NCBI RefSeq assembly: GCF_006345805.1
Contig: NC_042997.1
Coordinates: forward strand, 116,374,001-116,438,000
Length of the DNA: 64,000 nt
Source of the DNA: Octopus sinensis
Lineage: Eukaryota
Direction: 5' to 3'
This document shows positions 12,317 to 24,019 of this stretch, piece after piece. Position 1 is the stretch's first letter. The number at the start of each line of letters is the position of its first letter. The position numbers and the translations under genes were made by a program. The notes beneath the pieces are model-generated. The model made no database searches, was not told the DNA's origin, and worked only from the letters and a program-made list of their open reading frames with translations.

Positions 12317-12538
12317 CCCTTTAGTGTTTAAACCGGCCATATCCGGCCAAAAGTATTCTGCCTGTTTTATGTTCAAACTGGCCAGATCTGGTCTCTCACA
12401 CCAACCCTACAATATCTTTTAAAAAATTAACAGCTACCTCATCAGAATCTCATAGCTACAAGATTAATGAATAATTAGTTCAAAATAAAGTGGATAAAAA
12501 AGGATTAATTTTGGCAGAATAATGTGAACACTAAAGGG
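12317..12538. mobile_element. piggyBac-type MITE, second family (fragments also at ~20945, 22370-22425, 30000-30125 and 41280-41410)
   Basis: TTAA|CCCTTTAGTGTT ... AACACTAAAGGG|TTAA; 222 bp. Confidence 0.9.
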
Positions 12539-12734
12539 TTAAACCCAATTTCGACATGCTTTGAGATCCACTATTCCCAAAAAGACATTCATATACATGA
12601 CAGGCTACCAAATTCACTCACAAAGCATTGGTCAGCTACAATAGAAGACATTTGTTGAAGATGTCACACAGTAGGACTGAACTTGAAAACACATGGTTGC
12701 AAAGTAAGCTTCTTAACCACACAGCCAAGCTTAT

Positions 12735-12935
12735 TGGATTGCTTTGACTTTTTCCTCTATTCTTTTTTGGTGTTGTTTTATCCAATTTGACTCAGCAGCA
12801 TTTGCTCTATTCCCTGTAACCTTCCACCATTGTTTGCAATTAGTCACTCTTTTCTCCCACACACTTGCTCTCAGATCACCTGTTCCATCTGAAATGTCAT
12901 CTCACAACAGAGAACAGCCTTGGGTATCCTAGAGT
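12735..12935 (-). mobile_element. Degenerate RTE/BovB-type LINE ORF C-terminus
   Basis: RIPKAVLCCEM (RxPKxLLYGEL-like) then, after a frameshift, SVWEKRVTNCKQWW (WExxAxDRxxWR-like). Confidence 0.6.
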
Positions 12936-13007
12936 TCTCTATATTGAGAACACACACATATATATTTGCAGAAAGATAAATTTTATTCGATGTGTAGATA
13001 CTAAACA

Positions 13008-13074
<67 letters not shown>

Positions 13075-13075
13075 G
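13008..13075. repeat. (TA)n microsatellite (similar tracts at ~14470-14560, 36860-36955, 46125-46160 and 49225-49280)
   Basis: Direct inspection. Confidence 0.95.
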
Positions 13076-13249
13076 ACAATTATTAGGTAGTACTTTTACA
13101 GATAAATTCCTCTATTTACATAATATCGAGGTCTTTTTCATTTTGTTGTTTTACCATTTTTATCAACATTTATATATATATATATATAATACCTGTACAT
13201 CATCTCCAATCCTTCTAATATATATATATATATATATATACACACACTC

Positions 13250-13625
13250 TCTCTTTTACTTGTTTCAGTCATTTGACTGTGGCCATGCTGGAGCACCACC
13301 TTTAGTCAAGCAAATTGACCCCAGGACTTATTCTTTGCAAGCCTAGTACTTATTCTATCAGAGTCTTTTGCCAAACCGCTAAATTACGGGGACGTAAACA
13401 CACTAGCATCAGTTGTCAAGTGATGTTGGGGGGACAAACACACACACACATACATACATACGACGGGCTTCTTTCAGTGTCCATCTACCAAATCCACTCA
13501 CAAAGCTTTGGTCAGCCTAAGGCTAGAGTAGAAGACACTTGCCCAAGGTGCCACGCAGTGGGACTGAACCTGGAACCATGTGGTTGGTAAGCAAGCTACT
13601 TACCACACAGCCACTCCTGCGCCTA
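13250..13625 (-). mobile_element. tRNA-derived bipartite SINE family B (CORE-like domain, internal microsatellite linker)
   Basis: Head taggcgcaggagtggctgtgtggtaag..gggttcagtcccac, CORE-like ggcaccttgggcaagtgtcttctac, (TACA/CA)n linker, 3' half ending cagtcaaatgactgaaacaagt; about 25 copies in the window. Confidence 0.85.
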
Positions 13626-14089
13626 TATATATATAAGGATAAAATCCTTATTTTATTAAAAGCAGAAAAATTTTCCAGCAGCCAGCCATGAAGATCAAAC
13701 TCACACCCCTCCTATATCTGGTTGGAATGCTGTACCATTTAAGCTAAATCGCCTGACCGCCAAACTCTTCTGCAATTTTAGAAGTTATAAAATTATCCAG
13801 AAATGGTAGATGTCCTATGTAAACAAACAAGTTTGTTTTCTAAGTGTTGAAATGTATTGCAGAACAAGTAGAAAAATTAATTTTATTCAAAGCGTATATA
13901 TACTGAACAGTATATATACAAAAGATAAAATGATTCTAAAACTTTTAAAATTGCATAAGAGTTTGGCAGTTTAGCTTAAAAGGTAGAGCATTCCAACTGG
14001 ATATTGAAGGGTTGTGAGTTCATTCCTCATGGCTGGCTGCCAGCAAATTTTTCTGCTTTAAAAAAAAAAAGGATTTTATCCTTTATATA
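13626..14089. mobile_element. Palindromic element with ~160-bp arms, each containing an outward-facing tRNA-like module
   Basis: 13626-13790 pairs with about 13935-14089; arms contain TAGCTTAAA(T/A)GGT and GTGAGTT(T/C)(G/A)(A/T)TC(T/C)TCAT; (TA)n ends. Confidence 0.75.
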
Positions 14090-14090
14090 C

Positions 14091-14470
14091 ATAGGCACAG
14101 GAGTGGCTGTGTGGTAAGTAGCTTACTTACCAACCACATGGTTCCGTGTTCATTCCCACTGTGTGGCACCTTGGGCAAGAGTTTTCTACTATGGCCTTGG
14201 GCTGAGCAAAGCCTTGTGAGTGGATTTGGTAGACGGAAACTGAAAGAAGCCTGTCATATACAGGTGTGTGTTTATGTGTGTCTGTCTGTGTTAGTCCCCC
14301 TACGATCGCTTGACAACCGATGTTGGTGTGTTTACATCCCAGTACCCTAGCGGTTCAGCAAAAAAGACCGATAGAATGAGCGCTAGGATTACAAAGAATA
14401 AGTTTGACTAAAGGTGGTGCTCCAGGATGGCCGCAGTCAAATGACTGAAACAAATAAATGAATAAAAGAG
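14091..14470 (+). mobile_element. SINE family B full-length copy
   Basis: Same structure as 13250-13625, opposite orientation. Confidence 0.85.
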
Positions 14471-14474
14471 TATA

Positions 14475-14516
<42 letters not shown>

Positions 14517-14616
14517 ATATATAATATATATATATATTTATATTTATCTATTTATTATTTATATTATCAGCGCACCATATACTCAGCAACAGATAAGAGT
14601 ACTCTCTCCCCTGTAT

Positions 14617-14847
14617 ATATTTCTTTATTGCTCACAGGGGGCTAAACATTAGAGGGGACAAACAAGAACAAAGGGATTAAGTCGATTACATCAACCCAAG
14701 TGCATAACTGGTACTTATTTAATCGAGCTGAAAGAATGAAAGGCAAAGTCGACCTTGGCGGAATTTGAACTCAGAACATAATCGCAAATGAAATATTGTT
14801 AAGACTTTCACCCAGCATGCTAACAGTTCTGCCTGCTCGCTGCCCTT
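14617..14847 (-). mobile_element. SINE family A copy with a 13-bp target-site duplication
   Basis: CTCTCCCCTGTAT at 14604-14616 and 14848-14860 flanks the element, consistent with target-primed retrotransposition. Confidence 0.9.
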
Positions 14848-15079
14848 CTCTCCCCTGTATTGTTTCTATTTATTTGCCAACCTTTTTACAACGTACACTG
14901 TGTTTTGTCATTGCACCAACACTATAATGCAGCCTTGTATCTAGCAAGACCAAAGAGTCCTCTTTAGGGTCTCTATTTGCTCAGCAATCATTTTACAGAG
15001 TGTACTAGATGCATTGCACACTAGATGCATCAGCACTAAAGAGGTTGTTTTGCTCCCAGCATCACTATTTAATCTGTAG

Positions 15080-15626
15080 CAAGGGTTCTCGGCCATTTTT
15101 AACCTGTGGACCCCTTTGATTACTATTTTATTCTGGTGAACCCCCAAAGCCATTCGATGTTTAAAATCTAGTTTTATAGAAATTTCTTTCAAAATCCCTA
15201 TTTTGTTTTTCACATTAATTTGTGTAGGTCGAACTATATGGAATGTTAGAGAAAGAAACCTAGCTGTTTCTTGCAATATATACCAATACATGCATCTAAA
15301 GCAGGGGTTCTTAACCATTCTACAGGTCCCTTTCATTACCATTATATTCTGGTGGATCCCCATAGCCATTCAATGTTTAAAATCTAGTTTTATAGAAACT
15401 TCTTTCAAAATTCCTATTTTGTTTTTTTACACATTAACTTGTGTAGGTTGAACTATGTAAAATGTTAGAAAAAAAAAACCCAGCTGTTTCTTGTAATACA
15501 TACCAATACAAACATCTAAAGTAAAATTTTTTCAGGGGCTCCTTAAAATACTATTGTAGGCCCCTAATTTACTATCTCATTGCTTGGACCCCAAAATGTT
15601 ATATGGACCCCAGTTGAGAACCACTG
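15080..15626. mobile_element. The same hAT MITE family with an internal tandem duplication (second start at 15302)
   Basis: caagggttctc and caggggttctt starts; single ttgagaaccactg end; duplicated ~220-bp body. Confidence 0.8.
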
Positions 15627-16516
15627 TTATATAGAATTGCTATTTGTTTACCAGTACCTGATGTTTTAACCATGTAATCAGAAATCCAGAATAAATCTCT
15701 CAGCCATTTTTATCTTTGAGAAGTCATCTGATATACTCTCATAAAAAATGCAGCATGAAATTTTTCAATGTACAATTATAAATAATTAATATAAACTCTG
15801 CTATGTACGTTGAGCACTTCGCTTTCATTTAAAGTTTCTACATCATATCATTTATTATAATATAATTTATGCAGATATAATACAACATAGTCAAAAATAC
15901 TCATAACGTAAATAAAATGAAGTACATATGAAATAGATTTGAAAATGTTCCGTCAAATAATATTAATAAAAATATAGACAGAACAGCTACAAGATGTGAG
16001 CTAAGAAAATTTATGCTCTGTTCAAAAGAAAATAAGTTATAAGTATATAAATGGACACATATATATACAAATGCTAAAATGAATATATATATATATACAC
16101 AAATGAGTTATAAATAAATGTATTTCATATTTTTAGCTTACATACATTTCAAGAACTTTGATCTTTGCCAAAAGGCTATTTTGTGTTTAAATATGTACAT
16201 AAATATACACAGTAGGTTGCTGTATGACTTTGCTGCAAATTATTTCCATATCTTTTGAGAAATACTAGCATCTACTGGCATTAAATAATTCAAATATTTC
16301 AGAAAATGTACCATTAATAATCATATTTTAGCAACAGAATGGTTCAGACCTCTAATATGATTATTTTTGGTTTATCAACTTTCAACTTATTTCTCTGGCA
16401 ATATGTGTCAATGCTATCAATCGGAATTTAACACTTTTGATACTATATTTCTCTTGAAACATTTTGCCTGTATTTCAATTAAATTTTTGAAAATATTGAA
16501 GAATTTAGTAAATAAC

Positions 16517-16522
16517 TTTATT
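16517..16522 (-). terminator. Candidate polyadenylation signal (AATAAA) for STK36; a second candidate lies at 15851-15856
   Basis: First AATAAA I found on the minus strand, about 190 nt past the stop. It sits in a degenerate MITE-like remnant in AT-rich DNA, so it may be chance. Confidence 0.3.
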
Positions 16523-16713
16523 GTTGTTAAGCTAGAGTTTGGAGCATAAATTAACACGAAATTTTTGGTGGAAAAGTTTCAATGTGGATCACTTTAAAAC
16601 AAGAGACATTTATCACAGGTGGGGGAGTCTGAGAGAGGTTGGTATCAAAAGAGGTTATGCTCAATAAAATGAACAACATGTAAAACAATTTGCCGCATCG
16701 TTAGATGTCGATG

Positions 16714-16899
16714 CTAAGTTTTTAGAACTTCTAATAACTTGTTGCAGTGATTAACCATTCCGTTTACTGTTCTGTCTCGAGGTGAAGGTTCCAAAGATAT
16801 CTCTATCTTCTCGATATCCACAGGGTGAGATGCTGGCAAAGGTGACATAGTCTCCATCAATCTTGACAATAAGCTGGAGCCATTGTATAACACCACAGC
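16714..16899 (-). CDS. STK36: STK36 terminal coding exon, [61 protein letters not shown]
   Basis: Acceptor ctgttgtttttag; 186 nt ending in TAG; overlaps ORF 16714-16896. Confidence 0.9.
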   Translation of the reverse strand, partial: AVVLYNGSSLLSRLMETMSPLPASHPVDIEKIEISLEPSPRDRTVNGMVNHCNKLLEVLKT

Positions 16900-19800
16900 C
16901 TAAAAACAACAGATGGGAACTGAATTTATTTCACATTAGCAAACAACAAATTCATTTATAACAATAGTAAATTGGATTATTATTGATCATAGAAGTTGTA
17001 ATTGATAACAGATATATGAAAAAAAAAACAACCTATCATACGACGGATAATATAGAACAAAGGTATTAACAACAGTTGTCAATGTGAAAGCTATTAAGTA
17101 AAAGACAACAATGTTATATTAACACAGAAATATATTTTTAGCACAGAATTTTGTCAGTGAACAAGTTGTGGTCTCAAAGCGACGAAAATATTTTGACAAA
17201 TTAAATTTAAATGTTGAAGTGAATCTAACGGTTTTTGTGTGTTTCTTAAATGGCTTATAAACACCTTCCACACTGCAATTGTTTTCGTTCCAGCACACGA
17301 TCTCAGATCAGGTCACTTGCTATGCAAGTACATCTCACTATATTTTTATGCTTCTTTTTAAAGTCCATTTTACAATATTTCTATCAATGCATGTAATTTC
17401 TTTGTGCCAACCACTTTACAGTGTTCTGGATGCTTTTTATGTGGTATCAGTGCTTTTTACATGATGGTGCCATGTAAAAAAAAACATCCAGTACACTCTG
17501 TAAAGTGGTTGGTGATAGGAAGAGCATCCAGCCATAGAAACCGTGCCAAAACAAACCATGGAACCTGGTGTGACTCCTAGCCTTGTCAACTCCTGTCAAC
17601 CCATCCAACCCATGCCAGCATGGAAAACAGACATGATGATGATGATGATCTAGGCTGGCCATTATAAAACATTTCTTTTTTAATTGTTCAGGTGATCCTA
17701 AGTACATATTATAGTCCTCCATGTGACTAGCAGAAATGGTAGAACATCAGACACATTACACCGGAAATGTGTTATTTGGCTACATTTCTTTCTTGGGAAC
17801 ATACAAATTTTATAAACTTTTGAGAGAACATGAACAAATTCTTTTTGTTTGGTTTTTTTTTTTTTTGAATATCTTGAAACACACACACAAAACTTATAAA
17901 CAATGGCATATAAATATTCTTTTCTATACTAGGCACACGGCCCGAAATTTTTGGGGAGGGACCAGTTGATTTGGTTGACCTCAGTACACAACTGGTACTT
18001 AATTTATTGACCCCGAAAGGATGAAAGGCAAAGTCGACCTTGGTAGAATTTGAACTCAGAACACAAAGGCAGACGAAATACTGCTAAGCATTTCACCCAG
18101 CATGCTAATGTTTTTGCCAGCTTGCCACCTTTATAGATATTCTCTTCTACTCTAGGCACAAGGCCCAAAATTTTTGGGGTGAGGGCCAGTTGATTAGATC
18201 GACATCAGTACGCAACAGGTACTTAATTTATTAACCCTGAAAGGATGAAAGGCAAAGTCGACCTCGGTGGAATTTGAACTCAGAATGGATGGTGCTTTTT
18301 ATATGCCATCAGCACAGGAGCCAGTCAAGTGGTACTGGGATCGGCCACGTTTGGATTACAAGACAAAAAACAAAAACTCTTTTGTGAGAGGAGAGAGCAT
18401 TTGAGGAGGTCATCTTGTGTCAGATGATGAAAAGTTATAGTGAGGCAGTGAGATAGTAACAGGTGTCTTGCTGTAGAGGAGGTACAAGGTTACCTGGCCA
18501 GAGAGAGAGAGATCAGGGATGAAAACAAAAACGGGTGCACTGCTACAAAGGAGATACATGGTTACCCAACCTTAGGGAAGTGCAGGAGAAGGAATGAGAG
18601 AGTGGGAGACAGCAGGATAGAGATGGTGGCAAAGTGCTGGGGATCAGAATATAAATGAGGATTATTCGAGGTGTGGTTATTGCTCTTTACATGCCACCTG
18701 TACAGATACCAGTTATGTGACTCCAGCATCAGCCATGACTATGATTTCACTTGGGAGTGGAATTCATAGAACCATTTCAACAACGTAACTTTAGATATGT
18801 CCATAAAATAGCTGCACTTCCCATGAATGACAAATGAGTTCTACTCAGAATGTATGAGGTTGCTGCCTGAAAATAATATTATAACTTAAAGTGTGTTTCT
18901 AATACTTTACCCCATTACACACAGTTAAATCCGATCTCATCAACTAGATATGAAGTTTCTTACAGAACAAAAATAATTATCTGAAACATCTCAAGTTTTC
19001 TTTTTACCGATAAAATAGTTCAGTCAGCAACCGTTAATTACCCTAGTTTTTCATTTCACCAAACCAAGCAAACAGATGACTACATTAATGCTGATAGTTC
19101 GCTACTTCATGTTATTTCCCAATTTATTTGTATTTCCTTTCACTACTGAAATCATTAAGTGTATGAACAGATTGCCAGTTTGCTTCTCTAGGACTGGTCA
19201 AAGTGATGCCTTTGATGAGAATCTAATAAGATTCTTCATAATTTGTTCAATCTATGGAGGAATAGCTAAATTAGCCCTGTTTATATATCTACCATATAGG
19301 TTACATATATATCTCAAAATTGTGGGCACAGTTAAAGTGTGACATGCAACAAAAACTGAGCTAAGAAGTGGGTTCCGTAATCCATTCCACTTTATTTGCA
19401 TTAGAATTCCTTTCAAACTTCATAATCTCATTACTTATTCAATTGAAATATTCCTGACTTCTGAAAATAAATTTCAGAGGGAGGGCTATAGTTGATTAAA
19501 ATGATCTTAGTATATATGGTTATATATTTTATCAAACCCAGGAAAAGGAAAGGTGGAACTTACCTTAGCAGGATTTGAACACAAAATGAAACGTTCCATA
19601 ATCAAATGCTACAATGCATTTGGCCTGACACCTTAATGATTCTACCACACCAATACCCTACTAACTTCCAATATTACAATTTCTATTGAGTGCTATTACA
19701 ATAAAATAAATTGACTTAGTTCTAATGACAATTATGTTGGTCCATCTTTGTATAAATATAATCTTAACCCTCTCATATCATATTGCTTTGGTGTCATTAC

Positions 19801-22800
19801 TTTAAGAAGGGCAAAATATCAGCTTCTTAACGAGATTTTGCAATTATGTTTGGACTGTAGAAATATATGATATAGTTGGAGTGAATATGTATAGCATAGT
19901 GGTTAAGTATTTGACTCCTGATCACAAATGCCATTGGTTCAATACCCGGACTGGGCAGGACTTTCTCTTGGGCAAGGTACATCATTTTATATAACTCCAG
20001 TCTATTCACCTGAAAATGGGTATCAGCCTAGTGCAGATGTTTTATATCCTTTTATATGTTGGATATACAGATTTCAAAAAGCTGGGATAGATACAACTGT
20101 CTTCACCTGATGTACTTCAAATTACTCCATTAAACACGATACTCCAATAAATACAAACTCTCAACAACTTCCTACAACTTCTATGAACTCTCAATGACTC
20201 CTACAACTTTTCTCTCATCTCAATCAATATGCTACTTTTTATAAGAGTTTGGCTAGTCCATTCTTCCAATCGTACAGTGTGTCAATGACTCTTGCCATAA
20301 CACTATCTACCTAGCTATCGATCTATCTATCTTTTATGTCCTTCTGTACGTTGGATGTACTTCAAATTACTCCACTAAACATGATACTCCAATAAATATA
20401 AATTCTCAACAATCTCAACGACTCCTACAACTTCTCTCTCATCTCTATCCAATATGCTACTTGTTATAAGAGTTCGACTGGTCCATTCTTCCAATTCCAC
20501 AGGGGTGTCAGTGACTCTCACCACAACGAGATGCAAACCCTCTCGCTCCTCCTTCCAGTTGTCACATTTTCAATGTTCTGCTGCATCAAAGGTATAAGGG
20601 CTGAGAGGTTGTTTATATCTGCCCCCGTCTGCCTAGGCACTGAAAGCAATTATCAAAAAAACATGTGTATATGACTTGGTGCACCCTATCAGGTCAAAAC
20701 TATAACCATCACTGACAAGTGATGGTTATACTTTTAATTACATAATTCAAAGCATATCTTATTGTAGGAAATGTATTAAACAGTTGGCAGTGTACTACAC
20801 AGAGGGAAATGTGTTATACAGCAGAAAGTCTGTTCAATTGTTGAAAGTATATTACTGTTTTTAATGGCATAAAAGACACATGAGCATATTAGATGCACCT
20901 GAATTTCAGCAGCACTTATTCAGGATAAGACATTTTTAATGCATTAACCCTTTGGCATTCAGACATTGCATTTTGCACCAAAAAGCCAATGTGAGAGTTT
21001 CTCTCATAATATCTACTGCAGTATGGTTTGTTCTAACAGAACATCCACATTTAAGTAGGATAAATATTATCTTTCAAGGTTACTACGTCAAATATCATCA
21101 TCATCATTTAACATCCACTTTCCATGCTGGCATGGGTTGGATGGTTTGACTTAAAACTGGTAAGCTGGGGGGGGGGGTTGCACCAGGTTCTGATTTGGCT
21201 AGGTTTCTATAGCTGAATGCCCTTCCTAACACCAACCATTTTAAGAGTGTAGTGGGTGTTTTTATGTGCCACCGGCATGGGTGTCACTGACCTGACACAG
21301 GCATTGGCCATGACTACAGTCTCACTTGGTTTGACAGGTCTACACAAGCATGGTATATTGCCAAAGGTCTCGGTCACCTGTCACTGCCTCCATGAGGCCC
21401 AAAGTTCAAACAGTGCTTTTTACATGCCACTGGGACAGGTGCCAGTCAGACAGCACTGGTATTGGCCATGATTACAATTTCACTCAGTTCAACAGGTCTT
21501 CACAAGCAAAGCATATCGCCCAATGACTGAAGGGTGTTTTTTATGGGCCAGTTATGTGACACTAGCATTGGCCACAACTACAATCTCACTTGGCTTGATG
21601 GGTCTTCTCAAGCATGGCTTATCTCCAAAGGTCTTGGTCGCTTGTTATTGCCTCTGTGAGGCCCAACATTCAAAGATCATGCTTCACCACCTTGTCCCAT
21701 GTCTCCAAGGGTCTACCTCTTCTACAGGTTCCTTCCACTGTTAGAATGCAACACTTCTTCACACAGCTGTCCTCATCCGAATGCATCACATGACCAAACT
21801 AGTGCAGTTGTGTCCCTTGCTTCTTATATCCAAATTTTCTCTCAGGACACACACACTTTGTTGTGCATACACACTGACATTGCACATCCAGCAGAGCATA
21901 CTAGCTTCATTTCTTACAAGCCTACACATGTCCTCAGCAGACACAGCCCATGTTCCACTGCCATGTAGCCTAGCTGTTTGCAGTTTATTCATTCACATTG
22001 ATTTGAATTAATCATGAATTATCTCATAACTTTAAGATTTCAATGATATCATCATCATCATCATTTAACGTCCACTGTCCATGCTGGCATGGGTTAGACA
22101 GTTCGACCAAGGTCAGTAAGCTGAGAGGCTGCACCAGACTCCGGTCTGATTGAGCATGGTTTCTACAGCTGGATACCCTTCCTAATACCAGCCACTCTGA
22201 GAGTGTAGTAGGTGCTTTTGTGTGCCACTGGCACGGGTGCCAGTTGTGTGACACCAGTATCTGCCATGACTACGATTTCACTTGGCTTGATGGCTCTTCC
22301 TCTCAAGCACGGCATATTACCAAAGGTCTAGGCCGTTTGTCATTGCCTCCGTAATGTGATTGTGTTTGTTATTTTTAGGTAGAATATTTGGGCCAGATAT
22401 GGTTGTTTTAAATGCTAATGGGTTAACAGCTAATGAGAGACCCAGCATCACATATAGGATCCAACGTGATTTTTTCAGACTTTTTTTTCAAAAAAAAATT
22501 TATATATTATTTGCCAAAATATATGGCATATAATTGATAGTTTTTTATATAGCTGGATCTATAGGACATAATTAGAAGTGTATCATATAAATTAGAAGCA
22601 TATTTTACAGTAGAATGTGTTTCAGAGATAGTTATTCAATAACTGGAAACACAGAAATTAATTTCAAATGACAAAAAAACAGAACTGAAGTACTTAGCGA
22701 GTACAAAGAAGACGACCGAAATATATCAAAGCTCTTTCATTGATAAGATTGGAAATCTGACTTTTTATTGAATAGTGATGTTTTGCTTTCAACAAAATGA

Positions 22801-23037
22801 TTTTGTGGATAGTTTCATATTTAATAGAACATGAATGGATGGAAATATTTTCAATGCAAATTTAAAGAACCAATATATATATATACACATACACACATAT
22901 ATGTATATATAAATCCTGTTGCTAGCAGACTGCCAGATACACCTCACACACAACTATACATACATTCCATATGTCCATATCTTTCTCACTCCTGGTTATT
23001 AGTGTGTGTATATACATACATACACATGCGTGCATAC

Positions 23038-23070
<33 letters not shown>

Positions 23071-23625
23071 TTTATATACACACATATACACATATATCCA
23101 TGTGGATGACTGAGAGGGAGGATAAATGAATATAAAGACAAACGTGAAATGTCTCGGCAAAGGCAGAAATACGAAATGAATACAAAATATTTTATTGCTT
23201 ATCACAGAGAAATAGCTAATAGTCTGTTTCCTAAAAAGGAAATAATCAATATTTTAAAATACTTTTTCATAATAAAGTTTATTGTTTCCGACTCGGTGAT
23301 CTGAAAATTGAAAGAAGCAGTACAGAAATACCGTAATAATACATAATGGATGAATATGAAGGGAATCATATTGACTCGGAACATAACGAACCAATATGAG
23401 AGAAACGTGTGTAAACACATAGTTAAGCTACACACGCATAAATTTATAAATGAATATAGGCGTAGGAGTGGCTGTGTAGTAAGTAGCTTGCTTACTTACC
23501 AACCACCTGGTTCTGGGTTCAGTCCCTCTACGTGGCACCATGGGCAAGTGTCTTCTACTATAGCCTCGGGCCAACCAAAGCCTTGTGAGTGGATTTGGTA
23601 GGTGTAAACTGAAAGAAGCCTGTCG

Positions 23626-23658
<33 letters not shown>

Positions 23659-23988
23659 ATATGTTTGTTTGTCTGTATTTCTCCCCGCAACATTGCTTGA
23701 CAACCGATGCTGGTGTGTTTATGTCCCCGTAACTTAGTGGTTCAGCAAGAGAGACTGATAGAATAAGTACTGGGCTTACAAAAAATGAGTCCTGGGGTAG
23801 ATTTGCTTGATCAACTAAAGGCATGGCTGTTTGGTAAGAAGCTTGCTTCCCACCCACGTGGTTCTGGGTTCAGTCCTACTCTGTGGCACCTTGAGCAAGT
23901 GTCATTTACTATAGCTTCAGGCCAGCCAAAGCCTTGTGAGTGGATTTGGTAAAGGGAAACTGAAAGAAGCCAGTTGTGTGTGTTTATA

Positions 23989-24019
<31 letters not shown>

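Noticed and set aside
12735-12890. Apparent terminal exon DGTGDLRASVWEKRVTNCKQWW...
   Set aside because: The upstream frame gives RIPKAVLCCEM, marking an RTE LINE C-terminus; the stop coincides with a SINE boundary
18770-18866. Alternative STK36 last exon [29 protein letters not shown]
   Set aside because: Only an AG acceptor supports it; no homology to the STK36 C-terminus, and it runs into repeat sequence
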